Made by a program: the position numbers and the translations under genes | Origin: Methanobacteriota archaeon | GTDB taxonomy: Archaea > Halobacteriota > Bog-38 > Methanoflorentales > Methanoflorentaceae | Length of the DNA stretch: 64,000 nucleotides | Assembly (NCBI GenBank): GCA_963720465.1 | Contig: OY970393.1 | Coordinates: forward strand, 128,001-192,000 | Direction: 5' to 3' | The notes under the pieces: generated by a model | Seen by the model: the letters and a program-made list of their open reading frames with translations, nothing else | Database searches by the model: none | Told to the model about the DNA's origin: nothing | Shown: positions 39,893 through 50,215 of the stretch, in pieces | Layout: each line of letters starts with the position of its first letter | How positions within the stretch are numbered: position 1 is the stretch's first letter

Positions 39893-41332
39893 TTAGAGTC
39901 TTGAAAAAGGTGTTTCTGGAGAAGGAAACACACCCGATGCCAGGGCGTAAAGCAAGAGTTTATTCTTTTCCCTGAAACGCTTTGTTATCTCGTCTCGACC
40001 AAAACCAAGTTCCGACAACAAGCATACCTCCAAAATCAAATCGAGGCGCCTCACAACAATTGAGAGTTCGAGGCCGCGTGTGACTTTGTGTTTTGGTCTT
40101 TTGGGATCATAGTGCGTGTAATAGTTCCGACCATCCACCACTTTCTTGCTAAACGAAACGGGAGGCTCAAAGCATATAGCCCAAGCAATGTCATCGAAGT
40201 AGTTCATAATTTCCAAAATTCTTCGTAAGAGTGTCATATCTCTTCGCCTCTTATTCCATTGCTTATCATATGGCTGGGCGGAGATTTTGTTAACGACGCT
40301 CAGCAGCTGAGTACTTGCCGCACCGCTGAGCTTATATTTGTTAGCAAAGCGCATGTGGTAAGTTTCTAAGCCTTGAACTAGGCTCAAAAATGAGTGAATG
40401 TTATAGACGCACGGGTTGTGTCTGATGCCGAAATACAAATCAAGAACTGGCTCTAGTAGATCAGCTTTCTCAAACCAATTGCTAAGGGTTTCCTCAAAGT
40501 GGTCACTAATGTCGGGCAGAGTGAAAAGCATCGTGTGGGGCCAAATGTCAGGGACATTACTGGCGAAATGGGGAAGCTGATAGAAAATCTCAATCTTGTT
40601 GAAGGGATCTGTTGCTGACTGCGCTTCAATCGTTATCGGAAAAACCTGTTCGCGAACGGCGAGACTCAGAAAATTGCGTAAGCTGTACAAGACCTCTTCG
40701 TGTGTCGTTAAAAGCACAGGGTCAGGCGTCTCGATGATAACCCGATAAAATTGGGTGATACAGGCTTTTTTGTTTGCCTCGCGATTATTTGGGCGTAGCA
40801 GGAAGGGCCTGATGGACATTTGAAAGCTTTTCGCTGCTTTGAACTGGCGAATTTTAGCATCGAATGTTTTCGGAGATTTGAATCTCACAACACAGTCGTA
40901 ACCATCATCACCACCATACGCGTCAGAAAGATCAATACCGGAGATCGACGCCCATTCATCAAGATGTGTGTAGCTAATCTCTAGCCTGCTGAACTTGATG
41001 TCAGCTTTTGGATAAATGTGGTCGCCGTAGAGTATTGTCTTAGTATGGAAAACAAGTTCTACCGTCATTTCATCGCTTGTAATCTCTTGTGGCCACCCAT
41101 GGCAAAAGCTATCAACCAAGGTTATATACCCGTAGGGAGACTTTCCCAAAATAATCTCTTGTTGGCGTTTGTTCGAGATAACGTGGTTAAATAGCTTTTT
41201 GATATGCTTCTTAAGGCCCGTTACTTGTAAGAAACCGCCGCTTGACGGGGCATATTTTAGCGTACCGCAAAAATCGTCATCCGAGCATCCCGGAAAAGAC
41301 CATGTGCCTTGTACAGCGAATTCCTTAATCAT
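39893..41332 (-). CDS. ApeA-like protein (ApeA N-terminal domain plus HEPN RNase)
   Basis: N-terminal GTW..P......GTL.Y and HLDEW motifs, FLSLVQGLETYH, and the HEPN RxxxxH motif RNYYTH. Confidence 0.8.
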   Translation of the reverse strand: MIKEFAVQGTWSFPGCSDDDFCGTLKYAPSSGGFLQVTGLKKHIKKLFNHVISNKRQQEIILGKSPYGYITLVDSFCHGWPQEITSDEMTVELVFHTKTILYGDHIYPKADIKFSRLEISYTHLDEWASISGIDLSDAYGGDDGYDCVVRFKSPKTFDAKIRQFKAAKSFQMSIRPFLLRPNNREANKKACITQFYRVIIETPDPVLLTTHEEVLYSLRNFLSLAVREQVFPITIEAQSATDPFNKIEIFYQLPHFASNVPDIWPHTMLFTLPDISDHFEETLSNWFEKADLLEPVLDLYFGIRHNPCVYNIHSFLSLVQGLETYHMRFANKYKLSGAASTQLLSVVNKISAQPYDKQWNKRRRDMTLLRRILEIMNYFDDIAWAICFEPPVSFSKKVVDGRNYYTHYDPKRPKHKVTRGLELSIVVRRLDLILEVCLLSELGFGRDEITKRFREKNKLLLYALASGVFPSPETPFSRL

Positions 41333-41778
41333 GGTGATGTTGTCACTGCATTTGCGCTTTGTCAATGGTGCTGTTAACCAACTCTATCAACTTTTCGAAA
41401 TGATCATACTTGTTAGGGCAGGCAGAGCGCGAAAAAGTAGTGATGTGGCCTAAAAAATGACTAGTTATCGAAGAGTGCATTACCACAATATCATATCAGA
41501 CATCCGTTCGTGCTTTTTCTAACGCAATCTAACTACTCTTTTGTGAAAACTAGCAGGGTCAGTATTGTAACGGAACTCAGGCCTCGTCAGTCTTTCTGCC
41601 GCTAACTTAACAGCTTCGCAAGATTTGTCTAATGATAAGCGTGCATTACGATCTCTGCATCCACCCAAATAGAAAAACGCTTTATCTCCCTCGACCATTA
41701 ATACCAGACAATGCCATATCGAGACCTCGCCTCGTACAAGCGCTTTGAAACGCACCTTACCACAAAATGGCCTGAGTT

Positions 41779-42261
41779 TCAGGGAAAAATCACATTGTCG
41801 TGCAGGGTTTGAAACACTTCGAGCGCGACTGGGACTACGACATCTGCGCGACGCGTTGGCCGTTGGATGACCTGCATATCTACTAGAAGAATCGGGTTTG
41901 TCAGCGCTTCGACTTCATAGTTTATTGCTTGTGCTTGGTCCTCTTCCGCCGAAACTAGTTTGTTCGTCGCATTGAGCTGATTGTCCTGTGCCGACAGCAT
42001 TTTCTTTTGTTCGACGACTAGTTCGTTTGTTGCCGTAACGTAATTGTTAGTAACGAGAACCAAAACGGCAGTTGCGAACACTAATGCAAAAGCGGGAATT
42101 ACGGAAACAAAGGCAGGTAGAACAAAACCCACAATTACAGTTACGATACCAACAATCACAATTACGACAGCGACATACGCTATCGTAGTGGCCAGCGACC
42201 TAGAACTTATATGGCCATTGTTAGAATCTGGTTTCTCGCTTCGAAACGTGTTTTTCTCCAT
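41779..42261 (-). CDS. Two-TM membrane protein with a coiled-coil tail, possibly truncated
   Basis: Two long hydrophobic helices followed by ATNELVVEQKK and ATNKLVSAEE repeats. Confidence 0.55.
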   Translation of the reverse strand: MEKNTFRSEKPDSNNGHISSRSLATTIAYVAVVIVIVGIVTVIVGFVLPAFVSVIPAFALVFATAVLVLVTNNYVTATNELVVEQKKMLSAQDNQLNATNKLVSAEEDQAQAINYEVEALTNPILLVDMQVIQRPTRRADVVVPVALEVFQTLHDNVIFP

Positions 42262-42760
42262 TGTCTTTACCTAGTAGCTGGGAGTCGGTGCGAACGGCCC
42301 CCGCTTTAATCTTATTTTGTTGACCATTCTTCTACTAATTCAATGGCCTCTTTTGCCAATATCAAGCACACCGTCGTCGTGAAATTTTGGCATCTATTTA
42401 TTCTCCAATTTATTTGTCGAACCGCTGTCCTCGGCGATCCGTGAGCGTGATAAATCCGGCAGCACAGCAGCTGAGTTTGTAGCTGCTATTCTTACTATCG
42501 TAAACTTCTTTTTGTGGGGAGGCATTTATGGCAGTATTCTCACGAAGATTATAGATTGAAATATGATTAGCCGCGCCTTCCCTCGGCCGAGACGTTCGTG
42601 CTGTAATTTCTAATATCGCACAATTTAGCGCGTGAACAACAAATCAAAACCGCCAGCTTTATAATTGGGACAGTATCTTTATACGGCGAAGCTTAAACGC
42701 GCGATTTTTTTTAAGAAAATGCGAACTAGGCTTATTCATCTTACTAAAAAAGGCGATGAC

Positions 42761-43939
42761 ATGGCAAATGCTCCACTTCAAAATAAGTTGATTGCGACGG
42801 CAAAATTAGTGAGCGAAGCTCCGCCAACCGTGAAGCCCAACACAGATTTTGAAATTTCTGGCAAGTTGTACGACGAAGACGTGAATAATAAGGAGGTCTC
42901 TCTCAAACGCTCGTGTGATGGCGTCTTGTTTAAACGTATTAAGGGCGTTCAAAATGCGCGCACCAACGCTAAGGGCGAATACGCTTTTAGCGTACGCCAA
43001 AATGAAGCAGGGACGCATCTTTACAAAGCGACAATCGACGACGTTGACTCTGCATCCTATACGACCAACACCGTCGGCGTGACGACACTCGTGAGTTGGC
43101 CGCGACGGGACATAGGAGCCATAATTTGTTGTTTAGCCGTCCTCGGAGGCCTTCCAATACTATTGGCACTATTAGGCGTTGCAGGCATACACGTCACAAG
43201 TCTTTTAGAGATGTACATTATTTGGCTCATCGTCTTTGCAGCCACAACGACCCTCCTCATCGCAGCGGGACACGGCACTAAGGGTCGACTGTCTGGACTA
43301 CTCATTGACGAGCGTAACCGCATGAGCGCCTCCCGCCTACAGATCATCATGTGGACGCTCGTGATTTTGCCTGCGATTTTGGCGTTAATCTGCATCAACG
43401 TCGGATACGGCTCACCATCTGGTTCTGCATTAAGTATTGCGGTACCTGTTGAGCTTTGGGCATTGCTCGGAATTAGTGGTGGCGCAGCAGTAGCTGCTCC
43501 TGTCGCAAACGATGCGACAAATCGAAGCAAAGATTTAGCAGAGGGAGCGGCTGCTCGAGCGGGTACCTCTGTTGATGCACTAGATCACGAGGGTGTGCTT
43601 GACGTGAACCTACTCGTTAAGGATGCCAAATTTGCCGACATGTTCAAAGGTGATGAAGTTGGCAATCGAGATAACATCGACATATCAAAAGTGCAAATGC
43701 TCATACTTTCGTTCGGTCTCGCCGCCGGTTACGGATCTGCTATCGTACTTTTTATACTGCAGGCGATGCAAGCAAACCCTGTACACATACCGCTGCTAAA
43801 CGGCTTGCCTGCTGTCGATTCAAGCCTTGCGTCCCTCCTATTAATTAGCCAAGGAACGTACGTCGGATACAAAGCTGCGGCCCACACACAAGGCGCTGAT
43901 GAAACCGCAAAAAATAGTGATGGAAAGTCAAAGAGCTAG
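42761..43939 (+). CDS. Ig-like beta domain fused to a multi-pass membrane domain of unknown function
   Basis: N-terminal beta-rich domain (TNAKGEYAFS...YKA). Membrane part SASRLQ..MWT, LWALLGIS, DISKVQM and LLLISQGTYVGYK. Confidence 0.7.
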   Translation: MANAPLQNKLIATAKLVSEAPPTVKPNTDFEISGKLYDEDVNNKEVSLKRSCDGVLFKRIKGVQNARTNAKGEYAFSVRQNEAGTHLYKATIDDVDSASYTTNTVGVTTLVSWPRRDIGAIICCLAVLGGLPILLALLGVAGIHVTSLLEMYIIWLIVFAATTTLLIAAGHGTKGRLSGLLIDERNRMSASRLQIIMWTLVILPAILALICINVGYGSPSGSALSIAVPVELWALLGISGGAAVAAPVANDATNRSKDLAEGAAARAGTSVDALDHEGVLDVNLLVKDAKFADMFKGDEVGNRDNIDISKVQMLILSFGLAAGYGSAIVLFILQAMQANPVHIPLLNGLPAVDSSLASLLLISQGTYVGYKAAAHTQGADETAKNSDGKSKS

Positions 43940-44532
43940 CAGCGCCTGACCTACATGGCACTTCGTTCCATAAGCAGAATTAATCAACCTGTGACGCCTG
44001 TAAAGCATTATGAGAAACGATAAAGACAGCCATAGCTCTTCGAATCGACTTCATTCCATAACAAGTTTGTTCTAATTTTTTTAAACAACACTAGATCCCA
44101 AATGATAGGTGCCGACGACTGAATACGCACTCGCAGCCGCGCATGATCCCACAATAATTCGGGGGCTTGAGACTAACTCGAATCAAAGATCTATCAAACC
44201 GACGATGTAGGGGGTTCAGATCTCATGAGACTACGATCGTCAATCAAGCGTAAACAAAAAGGCAAGGGTTGAAACAATCGACACGGTAGCGCCTTATTCC
44301 CGGCGAATAGCCCGTCTCGTAGCTTTTCGCTGGTCCAGCAGTTCACGCCCGAGGGCCGTTATTATGTTCGGATAGGCATAAAACCCTTTATCCGCTGCAG
44401 CGATGTTTAGATGCTATGATCAGCTAAGCGCTGAAGAAAAGTGATTGCTGTGCTTATCAGCTCGATTTGTGGCCGCGAACCTTCAAGGCTCGGCGAAAGT
44501 TGAGCTTGTTTAAGCTCTCAATTGAGAAGTTT

Positions 44533-45412
44533 ATGTGGGTGACAGCCGCAAATCGGAACGGTTGCAGCAGGGGTCGTCAACTTCACGTATGTCCAACCGC
44601 AAAAAGACAGACAAGATCGTAACGCGCGGATAGAAGAAGAGCGGCAGCGTATTGAAGAAAGTAAGCGCGAGCTGCACAGGGCGCTTTACAGCGAAATCAT
44701 ATCTCTGTACTGCCTTCTTAACCAGTATCTATTTGTCCTTAAAAAAATGAAGAATGATGAGGAGCTGCCTGCCAGCTTTTTTAGGCAGCTTACGTTTGAT
44801 TTGTACAATACAGTGCGACTAGGCAATCCTATGTTGTATTATCAATTAGATGATGCCCATCCTATTGATTCGTTCTATACAGCGATGAAAGGGGTTAAGA
44901 TCGAGCCAGGCGATCCTTCGATAACCGTGGGCGAACTGGTCGGCGCTTTCCAATCAACGTTGACTAGTCTTCACTCAGGTATGTGGAGTGGAGCGATTAA
45001 AATTAACAAAGATCTGTTGCTAGATTTATCACGAGACTCTCTGCATTGATCGTGCATTGATGAGTTGCTGAAGTTGTTGTGTAACCCGGAAGCAGTTTCG
45101 AAGGAGCTTCTAGAGCTGCCTGCGTTGCAACCCGTAATGGCTGACTATCAACTTCAATGGACAAAATGGGTAGAGAGCGGGTCGCTCAACATTGAGCTAA
45201 TAAAAAAATGGTTCGAAGAGCGTGGCTACCCATATGACAGAAGTGCTGGCATAAAATCGCTCGTCGCCGGGACAATCGAGATCGCAAAAAGGCAAGGCCG
45301 TAGCTTCAACGAGGATGCAGTTGCAAAAGAATTAGAGGAATATGTAGATGCACAAGGAGGTGTCATTAGTTTCGACGACGCTGACAAGATTATTGAAAAG
45401 GCGTGCGAGTAG
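44533..45412 (+). pseudogene. Disrupted paralog of the 52385..53029 membrane-anchored protein
   Basis: One extra base near 44551 and an in-frame TGA at 45047. ORFs 44747 and 45065 share a frame. ALYSE and AHPIDSFY match ALYNE and AHELDSFY in the paralog. Confidence 0.7.
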
Positions 45413-45610
45413 TCGAAATCGCTTGGCACATTTGAAGTTATACGAATCGAAATCGTTGCGGCTACCTTATTTTCGGGCTACTCAAATTATGTGGTTGTGC
45501 ACTGAAGATGACTTTCTTTATTCGAGATTTTGAGCGCTCCGAAACTGTCACAATATGGAAAGGCGTTGCAGCAACTAAACATCTGTGAGTAACCAGCGCG
45601 TTTTTAGTAT

Positions 45611-46042
45611 ATACAACCAATCTGCACGCACACAATAAGCGTTCAGAGTTCAAAGCCCTCTCACGCGTATCCGATTATTCGACTGCCACGTGAGTACCGA
45701 GAATTGGCAGGATCACAAGCAGAAGTTTATAGAACTACACATCAAGGGAAGCTTGCGTTTCTCGTGACGGTAGACAAAAAAGTAGACAACAGTTGTCGTC
45801 TACTTGGCCCAGAGATTGACATTGAATCTCGCATCTATGCCTTGGAATCAGAGATCAGCTCGCTCAAATTACTCCTTCTTTCAAAGGAAGGCGGCAGCCT
45901 TCACAAAAGAAAAAGTCAAGTCACAACGAAGAATGGCCAATCGCACAGTTTTTGGATTGAAGATGACAATGGGAATTGGGTGCTCTTAAACGCACATAAG
46001 ATAGTTTTCAAGCTCAGAAGTTATCACACAAAAACAAGATGA
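45611..46042 (+). CDS. IRLP-motif small protein, copy A (start codon ATA or lost)
   Basis: Frame open from ATA 45611: IQPICTHTISVQSSKPSHAYPIIRLPREYRELAGSQAEVYRTTHQGKLAFLVTV, homologous to the 49769 and 54707 ORFs. Confidence 0.65.
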   Translation: MQPICTHTISVQSSKPSHAYPIIRLPREYRELAGSQAEVYRTTHQGKLAFLVTVDKKVDNSCRLLGPEIDIESRIYALESEISSLKLLLLSKEGGSLHKRKSQVTTKNGQSHSFWIEDDNGNWVLLNAHKIVFKLRSYHTKTR

Positions 46043-46259
46043 TATTCTGGCTAAGAATACTCTCTTGCGAGGCTTGAAGGGAACATCGCTGCAGTGATTG
46101 TTAACAAAAGTTAAAATAATTGACTTTGTGGAAGTTTCTTCCGGACGAAGGCGAAAGTTCTGACCTTGCGGCCCCACGATGCAGCAAAGTCGGCTTCCAA
46201 CCACTCATTTAAAAGTGGCACCATTTCGATTCTGCTATAGTAAAGAGACTTAAATTAAG

Positions 46260-46673
46260 TTAAGCGAGGCGTGTGCCGCTCATCCAGTCATATACCTCAG
46301 GGTCTAACTTAGGCGGCTCTGGATCTCTGCGACGGTAAGTCCACGGGTCCTCTGGTTTGTGATAAGGGACTATCCTGGTTACATATCGCGCCACGACTTC
46401 GACTTCGTGATCTTTGTTGTTGCTATCTCGAAATTTGAACCAACATATGGATCGGTAATACTTACTTATACCGTTCTTATCTGTCTCGATTTTGTTTCTC
46501 TCGCGAGTTTCGATTTCTTTAAGGTCTCGACCCTCTTCCTTTAATCTTTCCGACTCTTTCTTAGCATCGATTAGTTTCCACGTGGAATATTCTTGTGATC
46601 TACGCGTTGCTATGAGCTTTTCAAGCACGATCTTGCTGAGTTCGTTTATGTCGAGAGGTGGCACCTCTTGCAT
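46260..46673 (-). CDS. Hypothetical protein
   Basis: 137-aa ORF with GGGGTGA ribosome-binding site, a coiled segment and a beta-hairpin-like part. Confidence 0.55.
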   Translation of the reverse strand: MQEVPPLDINELSKIVLEKLIATRRSQEYSTWKLIDAKKESERLKEEGRDLKEIETRERNKIETDKNGISKYYRSICWFKFRDSNNKDHEVEVVARYVTRIVPYHKPEDPWTYRRRDPEPPKLDPEVYDWMSGTRLA

Positions 46674-46782
46674 TCCATCACCCCATTGAGTTTATTTCTT
46701 GATTTTGCATACTTGCTAGAATCTGCAGTTATGTAGTTATCTCCCAGAATGTAGCGCACTTATAAATAAAAACACCAGGCTC

Positions 46783-47195
46783 CTAATCACGCGCCGCATC
46801 GATTGCAAAAGCCTTCAATAAAGGTCCTGTGCGTGTTACTGCGGTGGGTTGACCATCGAGTTCGGTCTGAAATTCTTGCTTGTTAATTCTCTTCGGGCAA
46901 TGTTTAAACTTGCTGTCGCTTTTATCCCATTCGTTACTTTTGAACCAACCCACAACATAAATGCCGCCATCATACTTGTTATTCTTAAAATATCGATCAA
47001 ACAGCTTGTCAAAGCTTGCTGGATTGCCCACGAGAATTTACCAGATACTTCACGACGGAGCGCTTGCTTTCCTAGTGATCCTCGCACCTGCATATGGAGC
47101 GTCAAAAAACAACGCAGAGCGCTCCAAGTTGCCTGCCATGACATAGCGACGAATTTGAGAAGTAACAACGACTTGTGATCGCCTACATCAGGCAA
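46783..47195 (-). pseudogene. Remnant C-terminal (restriction-endonuclease-like) domain of a large NACHT/HEAT-type defence protein
   Basis: LFDRYFKNN...GGIYVVGWF....WD..D...LKAFAID resembles the conserved tail of such proteins; the upstream frames are broken. Confidence 0.45.
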
Positions 47196-47426
47196 AGGCT
47201 AAGTTAGGTTTCTAGATTGCCTCCTTCGCTTCAAACATCTGTACAGGCCGTCGTTGCAAAATCCGAATTTTAGCCGATGAAGGAAAAATCGGCATTAACC
47301 GTTGATACCACCAAAAATAGTGGTCGTAATAGAGAGTGAGTCAGCTCAAGATTGGAGTTGACGCAGAACACGACAGTTGGGATAAATGTTTATTTAAGCA
47401 GACCGTGCTAAAAAAGAGGGATCGGT

Positions 47427-49523
47427 ATGATATCTCAAGAAGCTCAAGCTAGCGTTGGGAACTGGCAGGAAGAAGTAAAAAAGCGTAGATTTGAATTGGG
47501 TTTAGAAGAACAAGATACAATAAAAATTAACCGTATTTGCGAAGAAGTGACGAAGATATGGAAAAAAACCCCCCCTCCTTACCCCTACACGCCTCACGAT
47601 CATACGCATTGTGAACGAGTTGAAGAGAAGATCTACCAACTTCTAACGACTTCAGAACTACAGAAATTCAGCAAGATAGAGCGGTTTTTACTCATTGCTA
47701 GTGCTTGGCTTCACGATATTGGAATGAATCCTTACGCGTTGCGTAAAGACCCCCCTTGGCGTCGAGGAATGGCACGCACAAAGAGTTGGAATGAAGAAAC
47801 TCGAAAGAAGCACAATGAAAGATCCTCAACATTCGTTGAAGAAAAGGCTAAAACGCTTGGTTTGACTGACAAAGATATTAAATATTTAAAAAAGCTTTGC
47901 TATTTCCATCGACATAGAACATATTCAGAACTACAGAAGTTAGATTGGGAAACTGAAGACGATAAAATCCACATCAAACTTCTAGCTGCTTTTTTGAGGT
48001 TAGCAGACGCGCTTCACATACGAGACAGATTCCTTGTTGAACAATTCCAGATTTATGACGCTCTCGGCTTAGATCCCGAAGCAAGGTTTCATTGGTTAAA
48101 AAGCAAATTCGTCCATAGCATTTTAATTGATTCTAAAACGCACAAAATAACAGTTCTTCTAAGAGTACGAAATACAAGTAAAAAATGTGAGAAGTGGATA
48201 AAACCACTAAGAGATCTTTTAGAATTAGAAGCTCAAGATGAATTGGACTCTCTTAAGGACATATTTGCCGAAGGAGCGGAGCTTGGGTTACCAGTCTATC
48301 TGTCTGTTAAGAGTGGCATTCAAAAAAGCAAAATGGAAGAAGAAGAATGGTCAACACTCGACGAGACGTTAAATTACCTTGAATTATTTGAGAGTGTTCT
48401 GAGTCCCAATGCAAGCGCAGTTATTACGAACATATTCAAACAAATTGACCTCTACCTGAATTTGAATGATCCGACTACTGTTGTAGATTATTTAACAGAT
48501 TATGAAAAAGACGTTTTACGCCCCATCTTAGACAAACGTCCTTGTCACGTTTATTTAGCGAAGATAGATCGTTTGTTAATCGATGTTCTTAAAGATGAGG
48601 CTGATGCTACCGAGAAAGTAGAGAGAATCAAAAGTACGGTCCAGAAATGGGAAAATGACAGAGAGAGTGCTTTGGAAACAATCCCAAAAATAGCGTATGG
48701 GACTCTTGCACAGGGCTTTCCAGCACTCCTCTACGGATATAGCGATACAATAGTTAGGTGTTTAGCATATATCCTAAAAGAGCAAAAACAGAGTTTTAAA
48801 GTGTATGTTTGTGAAGGAAGGACGAACACAGAGTACCGCTATAACAATAGGATCGTGTTTTGCGACGGGATCATGTATGCAGAAAAGCTTAAGGAAGCTG
48901 AAAAGACGGTAAACAAAGCTCTTAAACGCAAAAAGGACAACACGCTCAAAATCAATATTCAGTTCGTACCTGATTCCGCTGTTTCAAACCTATTGACGAA
49001 TAAAAAGATATCAATGATACTTTTTGGAGCGAATGGGATTAGTCCAAAGGGCAAAGTTTCGCATAAGCTTGGTCACTTAGCCATCGCAGATATGGCTGCA
49101 GGCGGAAAATACGCTACGCCCATATACGTAATTGCTGAATCAATGAAAATCGGCCTGTTTGAAGAAAAGCCAGATAATCAAAGAGAGAACAATTGGCTTA
49201 CGACTGATGTGCACCAAGAAGACAAATTTGAAAAAATTTTTAACTTATCCGAAGGGCAAGGAATAAAGAACTTACTTTATAATCCACGTGAAGACGTCGT
49301 TCCGCCTGATAGAATCTTGAAAATCATCACAGAAAAAGGCCCTGAAACTCCTCAAGAGATTTGGCGACATTCAGAGGAGGAACTCGAGATGTATAAGACA
49401 TTATCGTATGATGGTGTTGTCGGGATGCTTGACGGCATTGTCGAAATGCTTAAGCAAAACGCTAACTTGTTGACAGGCGGCCAAAGGATTAAGCTACTAA
49501 CTTTTCTAAGTCATCAAATCTAA
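47427..49523 (+). CDS. HD-domain phosphohydrolase fused to an eIF2B/IF-2B-like domain
   Basis: HD part YTPHDHTHCERV, WLHDIGM, RKKHNERS, LRLADAL and HWLK. IF-2B part VYVCEGR, PDSAV, LFGANGI...SHKLGH, PIYVIAESMK and NPREDVVP..I..IITEKG. AT-rich. Confidence 0.8.
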   Translation: MISQEAQASVGNWQEEVKKRRFELGLEEQDTIKINRICEEVTKIWKKTPPPYPYTPHDHTHCERVEEKIYQLLTTSELQKFSKIERFLLIASAWLHDIGMNPYALRKDPPWRRGMARTKSWNEETRKKHNERSSTFVEEKAKTLGLTDKDIKYLKKLCYFHRHRTYSELQKLDWETEDDKIHIKLLAAFLRLADALHIRDRFLVEQFQIYDALGLDPEARFHWLKSKFVHSILIDSKTHKITVLLRVRNTSKKCEKWIKPLRDLLELEAQDELDSLKDIFAEGAELGLPVYLSVKSGIQKSKMEEEEWSTLDETLNYLELFESVLSPNASAVITNIFKQIDLYLNLNDPTTVVDYLTDYEKDVLRPILDKRPCHVYLAKIDRLLIDVLKDEADATEKVERIKSTVQKWENDRESALETIPKIAYGTLAQGFPALLYGYSDTIVRCLAYILKEQKQSFKVYVCEGRTNTEYRYNNRIVFCDGIMYAEKLKEAEKTVNKALKRKKDNTLKINIQFVPDSAVSNLLTNKKISMILFGANGISPKGKVSHKLGHLAIADMAAGGKYATPIYVIAESMKIGLFEEKPDNQRENNWLTTDVHQEDKFEKIFNLSEGQGIKNLLYNPREDVVPPDRILKIITEKGPETPQEIWRHSEEELEMYKTLSYDGVVGMLDGIVEMLKQNANLLTGGQRIKLLTFLSHQI

Positions 49524-49768
49524 GCGCAAGTCGTTGCAAATTCTTCAAAGTCACAGCGGCCTTGTAGATTGGGGTACGCTTTGTTAAGAAAGCGGAGGCC
49601 TAATTAACCCTGGTTTTTATAAGCCGCGAGTCTCGAACAGATCATCGACTTCCAGAACGACGTATAACGGAAAAAATGGGTTCAACATAACTCTTTTTTT
49701 GGCATTTGCCTTATCTCACGCGACTAATAACAACGATTAAGTATGCAGAATAGTCCTTATTCAGCACT

Positions 49769-50107
49769 ATGCTAGCCGCTGAACAATATCCAGGTCTCTT
49801 TTTAGACGGAATGCTGCCCAAGCGTGAGTTGTTACAGATTCACCACAGCAAAATCTCTCTGCACTACGCAAAAGAAGGCTATAGCTATCCTACGATACGG
49901 CTGCCGCATACGTTCTCAATGCTTGCTTGGCTTCCAATAAAGATCTATCAGACCATTCATGAAGGGTCTCTTGCTTTTCTCGTAGTCGTTTCGTCCAAAG
50001 AAAAAGCCGCAAGCAGTCTGAAATCCTCCGTCTTCACACGTCGACAATTATTTGTTATTAAGCTACCGAGGGCTACTAACGAGCATATCAGGAAAGAGTC
50101 TAAGTAA
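49769..50107 (+). CDS. IRLP-motif small protein, copy B, reading through an att-like site
   Basis: ELLQIHHSKISLH.AK.GY.YPTIRLPHTFS is near-identical to the 54707 copy; similarity stops after 50040. Confidence 0.65.
   Translation: MLAAEQYPGLFLDGMLPKRELLQIHHSKISLHYAKEGYSYPTIRLPHTFSMLAWLPIKIYQTIHEGSLAFLVVVSSKEKAASSLKSSVFTRRQLFVIKLPRATNEHIRKESK
50028..50040 (+). repeat. Truncated att-like site containing the tRNA-Val(CAC) anticodon loop (CCGTC-TTCACAC-G)
   Basis: TTCACACG is identical to the anticodon loop plus 1 nt of the tRNA-Val at 63891-63964, and it sits in the same context (AATCCTCCGTCTTCA) as the site at 54966. Confidence 0.55.
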
Positions 50108-50215
50108 CCACAATTGAGGGTGATCGTCGCCTATGTCAGGCAACCACCTTTTGACGTCTATTTGTATCACAAACAAGCGGAAGTTCTAAGTGTCACGATC
50201 CTACTTCATAGATGC

